Assembly (NCBI GenBank): GCA_964446575.1
Contig: CAYUOX010000072.1
Coordinates: 3,327 to 67,326, forward strand
Reading direction: 5' to 3'
Source: an uncultured Anaerolineaceae bacterium
GTDB lineage: Bacteria > Chloroflexota > Anaerolineae > Anaerolineales > DRMV01
DNA: 64,000 nucleotides
Position 1 is the stretch's first letter. Every line of letters starts with the position of its first letter. The notes under the pieces were generated by a model, which was given only the letters and a program-made list of their open reading frames with translations, did no database searches and was not told the DNA's origin. The translations under genes were made by a program, and so were the position numbers. Below are positions 56,001 through 64,000 of this stretch, piece by piece.

Positions 56001-56163
56001 GCGGACGTTCGCCCAACGCCTCACAGGGCTCACCGACGTGCGCAACATGTTGGAGTTCAGCGCAGCCGAAATTCAGCGCCTGTTCGAAGCGCGTCAGGTC
56101 GAAATCGAGTTGTTCGTCACGCCCCAAGAGACCGAAGAGGACGGCGCGACCGCCGAAGGGTAG
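53065..56163 (+). CDS. Membrane sensor: 2 TM + ~330-aa extracytoplasmic domain + HAMP + multiple GAF-like domains, no output domain seen
   Basis: 1032 aa. Has an acidic/Pro-rich N-terminus. TM1 is RLALLLLGSVLLPLTI and TM2 is LWVWSALLVLTLGVAVLF. The HAMP-like segment is RRLLRQVYDLVRVAEAFAQGHWDQRAEVVGNDEMALLAYTFNDLADQL. Degenerate GAF units follow. Confidence 0.85.
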   Translation: MSLPPIPFDPDDREPDATPPPVPPADAEAFADLAFDEEPESAAPSAPPRPQETTGRPRRRFRRRLVLRLALLLLGSVLLPLTIEGIWFYYRTYSEAVQLNLRREELVLDFAFSDLNAWLVQRQARVETALTMQDLQDALHVLWTASPESRRFANARSILLHRLEQRTRTEGGVPLYTDFALVTPAQKVLIASEPEWEGKPLAEVPFGPSLQQRWDIATAQTWHWVYPLDTPNPTDDALGVGSTFPLYDQDGNLQGLLVGLASDLIVQETLTRLGRWLPQGQSVFVTEEGRVYQWDSSMQTLQMVDDPLLAQLVSVLAQQPRETVLLGEVDRWDVLLARWGLGSATRLVPYAHTDLQVVFPLWWLDAPGIIGLAGWIEPLRATLVVSNPESIAVAGVTNLLRLRLWVWSALLVLTLGVAVLFGRRLLRQVYDLVRVAEAFAQGHWDQRAEVVGNDEMALLAYTFNDLADQLQETYATMERELNLRTQQVQLVVTMATVALEGGSESAQVLRTILQRMGERFPRFAYLSLRLWHAPDQGWQPAARISRLPQAVNLALRSFEPHLASEVGRTLDMRMWANEDGQTLRLPPPLSWMVGVPLSTPQRLMGVLFVGGVDTSLPGEYDRFALRLLARQLSLVLEYLHLNRGQALEAEKQRVIRHLLERLPSLSHSSQVVPALVEGLGEARAQGVLLVPSPELTDTWSVAYPPAKDDKATTSVRNLLSLISDGPAHLVVDEGEGMGVAVLARLYNWQTIGLYPVRDPQGRILAVWARGTRLGESETPLDRERERLFTDLLGWAFLYADIQQRLSVWEVVQKILEYAPEAPSEGHLYLRAWDLLQKYLPEADFFVASHRGGSSAYTFIYPHGQRYYHTTVTPVEQSLIQQVAERGQPLLLSDKHKVIAQAGKVMRVATRIPESWLGVPVVLGQQRLGVIGLVQWEKPRAFSAEHLAYLRTLSQGLAGVMFSIQQESRLRRRIEREQSLRTFAQRLTGLTDVRNMLEFSAAEIQRLFEARQVEIELFVTPQETEEDGATAEG

Positions 56164-56174
56164 GAGTGTAATCC

Positions 56175-57887
56175 ATGAGCCGAGTGTCTGCGAGCCATCA
56201 AGAGAGCGCGCCCTATCAGTCGGCCTCTTTTGGGCAGCAAATGCACCTTTATCGGGAGCGTTTGCTCTCCCTCTTGCTGACCTTGGTTGGCACTTTGCTG
56301 CCCGCGTTGTTCGCCGCGTATCTATGGCGTTTTTGGGACTACCCCGTCCTGCGCTGGATTTATCTGGCGTTGTTGACGGCCAGTTTCCTTTTGGGGTGGG
56401 GCCGGGCCTTGATCCCCTTCCCCTATTCGGTGCGGGTGGGCTTTCTGTTGGGCATGGTCTACATCATGGCCGTGTACGCGGCGCTCTTTTACGGCAATCT
56501 GGGCGAGGCCAACTTGTCGTTCCTTTTCAATGTGTTGGCCGGTGCGGTGTTCCTCTCGGGGTGGCTGGTGGTGCTCAACACCGTGTTCGCGGTAGGGCTG
56601 CATTTCTTGACCAGTTACTTGGTGGTGGAGCAGGGCCTGACGCTGGCTAAGTTGACCAATGTGCCTGCCAACATCCTGCTGGCCCCTACCCAATGGGTGT
56701 ACACCAGCAGCGCTTTTCTCATCGTGAGCATTGGCGTGGTGGGGCTGTTGTATTTCATCCAGAAGCGCTTTGAAACCACGCTGGAAGACACGATTCAACT
56801 CACGCGCATCTTAGAGCAAGAACGCCAGCGCCTGAGCGATCGTGAGCGCTTGCTGCGCCGCCGGGTGCGCCAAATTCGGGCTGCCAGTGAAATCGTCAAT
56901 ACGCTGGGCGCGATTTCAGACCCAAAGAAACTCATGGACGAGGTGGTGGACCAAATCCAGCGCCAGTTCGGCTTGTATTATGTGGGGATCTTCTTGGTCG
57001 ACGAAAGTTTCGAGTTCGCGGTGTTGCGGGCCGGCAGTGGTCAGGCCGGGCAGCGCATGGTCACCGAGGGGTATCGCCTGCCGTTGGGCGGGACCTCGAT
57101 GATCGCGTGGGCCATCACGCACCAAGAGCCGCGCGTGGCGTTGAATGTGCAGCAAGATCCCACCCACTACGAAAACCCCTATCTGCCCTACACCCGCTCT
57201 GAGTTGGCGTTGCCCTTGGTCGCGCGTGGCGAGGTTCTGGGCGCGATGACTATCCAATCGGATCGGGCCGATGCCTTTGACGAAGAGGATTTGCGCACGC
57301 TGCAAACGCTGGCCAATAGTGTGGCCTTGGCCTTGTCGAATGTGCTCATGGTGCAGCGCCTGCAAAACCAGTTGCGCGAAATCGAAGCGTTGCAGCAACG
57401 CCTGTTGGGCCAGACATGGGGCGAGTTGACCCAAGGCTTGCTGGTGCGTCGCGAGGCCCCCAAAGTCGGTCCGGCCGCGGTCGAAGAGACCGACGAAGGC
57501 GCGACGCTCACGCTGCCCATTCGCCTCTATCACCAAAAAATCGGCGAAGTGCGCATCGCCAGCCCGCGGCCATGGCAGGAGGGCGAGGCCGACTTGTTGG
57601 AAGGCATTGTCGCCCTGCTCACCAACCACCTCATGGTGGCCCGCCTGTTGGATGAAGTGCAGCAATACGCGCGGCGTGAGGAAGTGCAGAACGAACTCGC
57701 GGCCCGCTTTGCGTCCGCGCTGGATTTCGAATTGCTGGCCCGGTCCGCGCTGGAGGGGTTGAGTGAGGCCTTCCAAGTTCAAGAAGCCTGGTTGGTGTTG
57801 GATGTCTTCGGCAGCACCAACGGCGACACCGCGGAAGGCACGCCGGCCGAGCAACCTGGCCCTCGGCCCGGAGGTGAAGCGGCATGA
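56175..57887 (+). CDS. Polytopic membrane protein (about 6 TM) + coiled coil + GAF domain, no output domain seen
   Basis: 570 aa. The GAF domain reads FGLYYVGIFLVDESFEFAVLRAG...SELALPLVARGEVLGAMTIQSDRADAFDEEDLRTLQTLANSVALAL. AGGAG precedes ATG 56175. Confidence 0.85.
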   Translation: MSRVSASHQESAPYQSASFGQQMHLYRERLLSLLLTLVGTLLPALFAAYLWRFWDYPVLRWIYLALLTASFLLGWGRALIPFPYSVRVGFLLGMVYIMAVYAALFYGNLGEANLSFLFNVLAGAVFLSGWLVVLNTVFAVGLHFLTSYLVVEQGLTLAKLTNVPANILLAPTQWVYTSSAFLIVSIGVVGLLYFIQKRFETTLEDTIQLTRILEQERQRLSDRERLLRRRVRQIRAASEIVNTLGAISDPKKLMDEVVDQIQRQFGLYYVGIFLVDESFEFAVLRAGSGQAGQRMVTEGYRLPLGGTSMIAWAITHQEPRVALNVQQDPTHYENPYLPYTRSELALPLVARGEVLGAMTIQSDRADAFDEEDLRTLQTLANSVALALSNVLMVQRLQNQLREIEALQQRLLGQTWGELTQGLLVRREAPKVGPAAVEETDEGATLTLPIRLYHQKIGEVRIASPRPWQEGEADLLEGIVALLTNHLMVARLLDEVQQYARREEVQNELAARFASALDFELLARSALEGLSEAFQVQEAWLVLDVFGSTNGDTAEGTPAEQPGPRPGGEAA

Positions 57888-60800
57888 TCTCCGACGAGCG
57901 AACCCTGTCCATCCCGCGGCCTCAGCACACGCTGCGACGCACGGTGCGCCAGTTCACCGTGACCATTGCATTGGTCATGGTGTTGTTGGGCGTGTTCGTG
58001 GGCTATCAAGTGTTTTCGTTGCGGGCTATTGTGTTGCAGATGTACAAAGACATAGAGCCGTTGCTGTTGAGCAACGAAACCATCGCGCTCATCGAACGCT
58101 CGGCCCACATTCTGCGGGAGATTCAATCTTCGCTGCACGACCCCGAAGCCATCGAAGCCAATCAGTTGCGGTGGAGCGAACAATTGGTCGCGCTGCACAG
58201 CGCGTTGGACTCCAACCGCCGCGATCTCGAAGCCTTTGTCGATACACTGCCCGTAGACGACCCCTTGCAGCCGCCGCTGGCGCGCTCGTGGGCGTTGCTG
58301 CGTGAGACCACCCGCTTGGTCCAAGAGATCACCCAGGCGATCAACCACCGCCGTTGGGATGACGCGGACGCGCTGATTCGGCGTTTCTTCACCGTATACG
58401 AGGAATATCACCTCGCGCAACGCTTCATTGTGCGCAGTTTCGAAGAGCGCCGCGACGCCACCCTGGCGCGCATGCTGCGGGCCCTGCGGCAAATCCTCTT
58501 CCAACCGGCTGTGACGGCCGCGGTCTCGCTGATCTTGGTGTGGTTCTTCGCCCGCTTCGTGATCGTGCGCATCATTCGGCCGTTGGAGGAAACCGCCGCG
58601 GGCGTGTTGCGCTTCGCGGAGGGCGACTACAACTACCGCTTGGAAGTGCCGGAAGAGGCCGAGGGCGAGGTCGCCTATTTGCGTCGGGTGTTCAACGTGA
58701 TGGCTGAGCGGGTGCAAGCCGCGCAGTTGACATTGGAGCAACGGGTCGCGGAGCGCACCTACGCGCTCCAACGCCGCGTGGCCCAGATTCAGGCCGCGGC
58801 CGACATCGCCCGTTTGCTCACCTCGTTGCGCGCGCCTGAGGTCCTGCTGGAACGCACCGCCCGCCTCATTGCCGAGCGTTTCGGCTACTACCATGTGGGC
58901 ATCTTTTTGCTGGACGAGACCGGCGAATGGATGGAACTGCGCGCGGCCAGTAGCGAAGGTGGTTTGCGCATGGTCGCCCGGCGGCACCGGCTGCGGGTCG
59001 GCGAAGAGGGCGTGGTCGGCTTTGTCGCTCGCACCGGCAACCCGCGCATTGTGTTGGACGTGGAAGAGGACCCGCATTATGTGCGCCCTGAAGAATTGGC
59101 GTTGACCCGCTCCGAAATGGCCTTGCCGCTGCGCGTTGGCGGGCGCATCTTGGGCGTGTTGGACATCCAAAGCACGCAGCCCAACGCGTTTTCCCCTGAA
59201 GACGTGACCACCTTGCGCGTGGTCGCCGACCAATTGGCCGTGGCCTTAGACAACGCCTATCTGTTGCAACGCATGGAACGCGCGTTGGACGAATTGCACT
59301 GGGTGCAGCGGCAACTTTCCCGCCGCGGGTGGGAGGAGTTCTTGCGCGTCGCGCCGGCCCAAGTCTACCGCCGCACCGCGCGCGGCGAGTTTGAGGCCTT
59401 GCCCGAGCACGTCGAAGAACGGCCACGCGATGCCGAAGCCCAGTTCCACGAATTGCAGGTGCCGATTTCGGTACGCGAGCAGCCCATCGCCACGCTGGTG
59501 CTGCGCCGTCTGCAGCCGTGGCAAGAGCCTGAGCGTCAGATGCTGCAAGACTTGGCCGATCGGCTGGGCTTGGCCTTGGAAAGCGCGCGTTTGTTCTACA
59601 TCGCGCAACGCCGCTCGGCCTGGCTGCAAGCCGCGGTGGAACTGGGGCGCATTCTGCGCTCTTGGGATGAAGAAACCCTGTTGCGCGAGTTCGTGCGGGC
59701 CCTGCTGGAGCGTTTCCCCCTGTGGCGCGCGGCGCTGTATATCTATCGGGCAGACGAACGCCGCCTGGAAGTGCACGCGGCCGCAGGCGACCGCTGGGAA
59801 GATTTGCTCGCACCACCGCCCCACGCGGTTCCTCTGCCCTCGGACGACCCCTTGGGCCAAGCCGCCCAGCGACGCGCGCCCATGCTGTTGAATTCCCCCG
59901 AGGCCATGCAGGCCTTCGAAGACACCGCGCCGGTGCCGCCGGGTGGCTCGCGGTTGGTACTGCCGATTTTGCTGGGCGAAGCCTTGTTTGGCGTGTTGGA
60001 CTTGCACGCGGAACGGCCGCGGGCGTTTTTGGAGGCCGACATCACGGTCTTGCGGCTGCTGGTGGATTCGTTGGGCGTGGCCTTGCTCAACGCCCGCTTG
60101 GTGGCCCGTTTGCGGGTGCTGCTGGGCGAACAGCAGCGCCTGCAAGCCGCGTTGGCCCAAGCGACCGCGGCCGCGTCGGTGCCCGAAGCCCTGGACGTCG
60201 TGGTGCAGGCCCTGTACGAACTGGAACCTCCGCAGTCCGCGGCCATCTACTTGCCGGCCGAGGACGACCCCTCCCGCTTGCTTCGGATCGCGGCTCGGCA
60301 CCACCCCGAGGCGGGCGCTCCCTGGCCAGACGAGGTCGCGGTCCAAGACGAACAGCACCCCGTCGCCTGGGCCTTCAGCCATCAAGGTGCCTTGTGGTTC
60401 AACGAGGTCGATTGGTTCGACGACCGAATGCGCGGCCAAGGCTCGTTGTTGGTCGTGCCGATCGTGTACGGCGAGGAGCCCCTGGGGGTGATCGCCCTGC
60501 GCCATGGGCAGGCCAACGCTTATAGCGAAGACTTCTGGGGCCTGGCCCATACCGCGGCCGCCGCCGTCGGGAGTCTGCTGTCGAACCTGCGCTTGTTGGA
60601 GCAGGTCCAACGGCGCTCCGCGCAACTGCAACTGCTCTACGACTTTACCGCGGCCATCTCCGGATACACCGACTTCACCGCTTTGGTCCAAGACGCGGTG
60701 GCGCGCTTCCGCAGCATTTTCGACGCCCTGCACGCGGGCATCTTGATTTACGATTTAGAGCGGAGCGTGGTGCGTCTGGTGGCCACGGCCTCGCGCGCGC

Positions 60801-61414
60801 CCGACGTGCCAGGGGCAGCAGATTGGGGGCCGCGCGATTTGCCCATGGTGGAGGGTTCGCCTTTTGTGCGCTTGCGCGAAAACCCGCGCGTGTTGGTGGT
60901 CACGCAGCAACAATTGCAGCACGCGCCCGCGCGCCTGCGCGCGGCCATCGAAGCGCGCGGGGTGCGCAGCCAGGTGCTCGCTCCCCTCATTGTGGGCGAC
61001 GAACTCCTGGGTTTGGTCGCGCTGGGCTTTGAGACCGACGAGCCCCCCTTGGGTACCTCCGATTTGGCCGTGCTGGAGCAGTTGGCCCGCCAGTTGTCCT
61101 TGGCCATGGAGTTGACCCGCTTGCTCGAACGCTTGGAGCGCCGCGCACAGCGCGAGCGCTGGGTGCGGGAGATCACCGTGCGGATGCGTTCCAGCAGCGA
61201 TCCGTTGGCGATTTTGCGCATGGCCCTGGAAGGCTTGCGCGAGCAGTTGCATCTGCAAGAAGCGCAAATTCTGCTGACCCGCCCGGCCGGAACGCCACCC
61301 GTTGTGGGCAAAGGTGCGCGTCCCGGCTCCGCGCCCTCGACCAAAACCCGTGGCGATGGTCGGGAGGGACCGTCCGCGGCGGCAGCACCCGCCGCGGATG
61401 GAGAGGAGGCTTGA
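57884..61414 (+). CDS. Membrane sensor: 2 TM + helical extracytoplasmic domain + HAMP + 4-5 GAF domains, no output domain seen
   Basis: 1176 aa. There is an ATGA overlap with the upstream stop (57884-57887). The HAMP segment is RIIRPLEETAAGVLRFAEGDYNYRLEVPEEAEGEVAYLRRVFNVMAERV. A GAF example is FGYYHVGIFLLDETGEWMELRAA...SEMALPLRVGGRILGVLDIQSTQPNAF. Confidence 0.85.
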   Translation: MISDERTLSIPRPQHTLRRTVRQFTVTIALVMVLLGVFVGYQVFSLRAIVLQMYKDIEPLLLSNETIALIERSAHILREIQSSLHDPEAIEANQLRWSEQLVALHSALDSNRRDLEAFVDTLPVDDPLQPPLARSWALLRETTRLVQEITQAINHRRWDDADALIRRFFTVYEEYHLAQRFIVRSFEERRDATLARMLRALRQILFQPAVTAAVSLILVWFFARFVIVRIIRPLEETAAGVLRFAEGDYNYRLEVPEEAEGEVAYLRRVFNVMAERVQAAQLTLEQRVAERTYALQRRVAQIQAAADIARLLTSLRAPEVLLERTARLIAERFGYYHVGIFLLDETGEWMELRAASSEGGLRMVARRHRLRVGEEGVVGFVARTGNPRIVLDVEEDPHYVRPEELALTRSEMALPLRVGGRILGVLDIQSTQPNAFSPEDVTTLRVVADQLAVALDNAYLLQRMERALDELHWVQRQLSRRGWEEFLRVAPAQVYRRTARGEFEALPEHVEERPRDAEAQFHELQVPISVREQPIATLVLRRLQPWQEPERQMLQDLADRLGLALESARLFYIAQRRSAWLQAAVELGRILRSWDEETLLREFVRALLERFPLWRAALYIYRADERRLEVHAAAGDRWEDLLAPPPHAVPLPSDDPLGQAAQRRAPMLLNSPEAMQAFEDTAPVPPGGSRLVLPILLGEALFGVLDLHAERPRAFLEADITVLRLLVDSLGVALLNARLVARLRVLLGEQQRLQAALAQATAAASVPEALDVVVQALYELEPPQSAAIYLPAEDDPSRLLRIAARHHPEAGAPWPDEVAVQDEQHPVAWAFSHQGALWFNEVDWFDDRMRGQGSLLVVPIVYGEEPLGVIALRHGQANAYSEDFWGLAHTAAAAVGSLLSNLRLLEQVQRRSAQLQLLYDFTAAISGYTDFTALVQDAVARFRSIFDALHAGILIYDLERSVVRLVATASRAPDVPGAADWGPRDLPMVEGSPFVRLRENPRVLVVTQQQLQHAPARLRAAIEARGVRSQVLAPLIVGDELLGLVALGFETDEPPLGTSDLAVLEQLARQLSLAMELTRLLERLERRAQRERWVREITVRMRSSSDPLAILRMALEGLREQLHLQEAQILLTRPAGTPPVVGKGARPGSAPSTKTRGDGREGPSAAAAPAADGEEA

Positions 61415-61415
61415 C

Positions 61416-62261
61416 ATGGCCGGAGGTCCATCCGTCCAACCCCGCATTTGGGCTTTTGCCCATCAAAAAGGCGGTGTGGCCAAGACGACCAGCGCGCTGG
61501 GCGTCGCGGGGGCCTTGACCGAAATGGGCCACCGCGTGCTGGCCGTCGACTTGGACCCCCAAGCCAGTCTGACGCTGGCTTTGGGGCACCGGCCCGCGGA
61601 AATTCACACCTCGCTGGCCCAAGTGCTGGCCAATCAGGTGCCTTGGCACGCGGCCTTGCTCAAAACCGATGTCGAAAATTTGGATGTGTTGCCGGCCACG
61701 GGGCGCTTGAGTCAAATCGGCAGCCATTGGCTGGGCGCGGGGGTGTACGACGGCGTGCGTCGCGTGTTGCAGCCAATTCGGGGATACGACTTCATCGTGC
61801 TGGACACGCCTCCCTCGCTGAGCATCTTTACCGTCAACGCTTTGGTGGCAGCCCATTTGCTCTTGATTCCCACCCAGCCGGAATATTTCTCGGCCTATGC
61901 CATTCGCCATGTGCTGCAATTGGTGCAGTGGGTGCGCGATACGTACAACCCGGAACTCAAGTATCGCATCTTCATCACCATGTTCCAAAAGCGCAATCGT
62001 GCCCATGCCCTGATTCGCTCGCGTTTGGAAACCACGTTTGGCGTAGGTCTGTGTCAAACCTTAGTGGGTGTGGACACCAAATTGCGCGAAGCCGCGATCG
62101 CGGGTTTGCCGATTCAATATTTCGCTTCGCGTTCACGCGCCGCAGACCAATACCGGGCTTTGACCCAGGAGGTACTGGCTTATGACCAGCAAACGCCGAC
62201 GCAAGTCCTCATCCAGTCCCGCCAAGAAGCGGCTGGAAGAGCGACTGCTGGCGCTGAATGA
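61416..62261 (+). CDS. ParA/MinD-family P-loop ATPase (orphan, no ParB seen)
   Basis: 281 aa. ATG 61416 lies 1 nt after the upstream stop and is preceded by GAGAGGAGG. Carries the deviant Walker A AHQKGGVAKTT, VLAVDLDPQASLT and the Walker B FIVLDTPPS. Confidence 0.85.
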   Translation: MAGGPSVQPRIWAFAHQKGGVAKTTSALGVAGALTEMGHRVLAVDLDPQASLTLALGHRPAEIHTSLAQVLANQVPWHAALLKTDVENLDVLPATGRLSQIGSHWLGAGVYDGVRRVLQPIRGYDFIVLDTPPSLSIFTVNALVAAHLLLIPTQPEYFSAYAIRHVLQLVQWVRDTYNPELKYRIFITMFQKRNRAHALIRSRLETTFGVGLCQTLVGVDTKLREAAIAGLPIQYFASRSRAADQYRALTQEVLAYDQQTPTQVLIQSRQEAAGRATAGAE

Positions 62262-64000
62262 GGATTTGGAACCATCGTCCCAGCCCTCGGTCGCCCCGCC
62301 CACGCCCACACCCCCCGCGGTAGACACGGAAACGCCTCCTTCGGGCTTGTTGGTCGACCCATGGGCGACCGCGGCGCTGGACACGGGCCAATTGGTGGTC
62401 GACACCGACGCCTGGACAACGCTGCTGGAGCAGACCACCTTTGGCCTGCGCGCGGACGCGCAAGGCCACGTTGAGACCCACCGCCAACCGTTGACCCCGG
62501 TGGGCGAAGATAGTCTGCGCACGCACGAGCCACGCTGGACCCGCACCGACGACCAAGCCGTGTTGTCGTTGCCGTTGATGTATCAGAACTTCGAAATCCT
62601 GTTCGAAGGTCTGGCGCCGTCGGAGCGGCAATGGCTGGAAGAAGATCGCGAAATCGTGCGGCAGACTTTGGAGCAGTTGGCCCTGGCCCTGCAAGACGCG
62701 TACTTGTTCACCAGCACGCAGCAGGCTTTGGCAGAGGTCGAGCGTCTGTACAAAGCCACCAGCCAACTGCTGGAAGGCACCACCTTTGCCCAAGGTCTGC
62801 AAGTCTTGGCCGAATATACGGTATTGGGCCGGGCCCAGGCCCTGTATCTTTACCTGCCCGGCCTGCGCGCCCCGCGGCCCGAGGGCGGGGCCGCGCCTGA
62901 GCACATGCGCTTGTATGCGCGCTGGCCCGAAACCGCGCCTGCCCACATGCCCGACGAACTGCATTTGCGGCCTACGGATGTCCCGCGCCGTATGTTGTGG
63001 GCCTTGCCGAGGGATGATTCCCGTCTGCCCGCGGCGGTGCAGCAGGCGCTGCAGGCGATGGATGTGCAGGCTGTGACCGTGGTGCCCTTGTTCGTCGGCC
63101 CTGACTTGGTCGGCGCGCTGGCCGCGGTGTTCGCCGAAACTCCTCCTGCGCCCCCGGCTCGTGAGCAGCGCATCCTCAATGCCTTGTTGCGCCAGGTGGC
63201 CGGCTATGTGCGCAGCCTGGCCTTGCAAGAAAACCTGCGTTTTACGCTGGAACTGACCAACCGTTTGTACCGCATCGCGCTGGGCCTCAGCCGGGCTGAT
63301 AGTTTCGACGACATCATGCAGGTGATGTGGGAACACACGCCTTTGGGCCAGGGCGCGTTGTCGATTTCTTGTGTGTTGTTCGAGCCCGCGATGACCGAGT
63401 CGCAAATGCCTCGCTGGCTCGTGACCGCGTCGGTGGTCGCGAACGGCAAACCTGTGCCAACCCATTGGCCGCGTTTGCCCTTCGCGCCCTTGTTCGAGAC
63501 CGCGCTCACCGTAGAGGGGCCCTACTTGGTCGAAGACCCCGAAGGGGAGAACATCCTGCGGCGCGTTTTCTTGGAAGGCAAGCCATATCTGATTCATGAC
63601 ATGGCTTCCGAAGTGGCGTTGTCGCAATCGTTCCTCAACGAATATCGGCAACGCATCCCGGCCCGCAGCGGTATTCTGGTCCCCTTGCGGGTAGGCGATG
63701 CGGTGGTGGGTATGCTGACCGGCACCTACCCTGACCTGCGCGCGTGGACCCAAGACGATTTGCAAATTCTGTTGGTGGCTGCGGCCCAAGCCGCGGTGCG
63801 GGTGCGCAGTTTGTATTTGCTGCAAGTCAGTGAGCGCCGGGCCCGCCAGTTGGAGACGGCATCGGTCATCGCGCGCGACATCGGTCGAACGCTGTCGCTG
63901 GAGACGTTGCTCAATCGCGCGGTCAATTTGATTCGCGAGCGCTTTGGCTTCTACCACGCGACCGTGTTCTTGCTCGACGAACGCGGCGAATACGCGGAGG
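62182..64000 (+). CDS. Cytoplasmic multi-GAF protein with a basic N-terminal tail (partial, continues beyond the window)
   Basis: It is absent from the ORF track because it has no stop within the window. I translated the first ~250 codons and the last 14 by hand and found no stop, and the frame is consistent at both ends. It reads MTSKRRRKSSSSPAKKRLEE... and ends ...IRERFGFYHATVFLLDERGEYAE (start of a GAF). AGGAGG lies 9 nt upstream of ATG 62182. The start overlaps the ParA gene by 80 nt, so it is uncertain. Confidence 0.7.
   Translation, partial: MTSKRRRKSSSSPAKKRLEERLLALNEDLEPSSQPSVAPPTPTPPAVDTETPPSGLLVDPWATAALDTGQLVVDTDAWTTLLEQTTFGLRADAQGHVETHRQPLTPVGEDSLRTHEPRWTRTDDQAVLSLPLMYQNFEILFEGLAPSERQWLEEDREIVRQTLEQLALALQDAYLFTSTQQALAEVERLYKATSQLLEGTTFAQGLQVLAEYTVLGRAQALYLYLPGLRAPRPEGGAAPEHMRLYARWPETAPAHMPDELHLRPTDVPRRMLWALPRDDSRLPAAVQQALQAMDVQAVTVVPLFVGPDLVGALAAVFAETPPAPPAREQRILNALLRQVAGYVRSLALQENLRFTLELTNRLYRIALGLSRADSFDDIMQVMWEHTPLGQGALSISCVLFEPAMTESQMPRWLVTASVVANGKPVPTHWPRLPFAPLFETALTVEGPYLVEDPEGENILRRVFLEGKPYLIHDMASEVALSQSFLNEYRQRIPARSGILVPLRVGDAVVGMLTGTYPDLRAWTQDDLQILLVAAAQAAVRVRSLYLLQVSERRARQLETASVIARDIGRTLSLETLLNRAVNLIRERFGFYHATVFLLDERGEYAE

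Overview
This is a high-GC bacterial chromosomal segment. Spot counts of single 60-nt lines give about 67% GC in housekeeping genes. Nearly all of it is coding. All calls come from reading the ORF-track proteins and the DNA by eye, with no database search.

The style suggests a filamentous Chloroflexota-like organism, but this is inference only. The supporting traits are Pro/Thr-rich linkers, lipobox-exported proteins, frequent ATGA stop/start overlaps and extended -10 (TGnTATAAT) promoters.

Gene content from left to right:
- An orphan non-coding locus with five Shine-Dalgarno (SD)-complement boxes, then cutA.
- A membrane-arm-only complex I cluster, nuoA-H-J-K-L-M-M'-N.
- An OmpR-type regulator with a degenerate receiver, a HIT protein and a thiolase.
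- A long minus-strand unit, sbcD-dnaG-sigma-small membrane protein-acyl-CoA carboxyltransferase-biotin carboxylase, followed by a MoeA fusion.
- A ferredoxin, a glgA remnant, a low-GC lipoprotein gene and tRNA-Glu.
- pfk, SCP2, ugd, mtaB, trxB, mdh and gltA.
- A LysM protein and DegV.
- An 800-aa lipoprotein with eight tandem 6-cysteine repeats.
- rarA; a PBP2a-like penicillin-binding protein (PBP), maf and the primary sigma factor.
- A GldA/F/G-like ABC transporter operon.
- An operon longer than 12 kb that runs off the window. It encodes two stand-alone receivers, four HAMP/multi-GAF proteins with no recognisable output domain, and an embedded ParA-like ATPase.

The candidates I consider most worth follow-up are the GAF/ParA operon, the Cys-repeat lipoprotein and the five-SD-box RNA locus. 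I saw no rRNA, CRISPR array, transposase or integrase.
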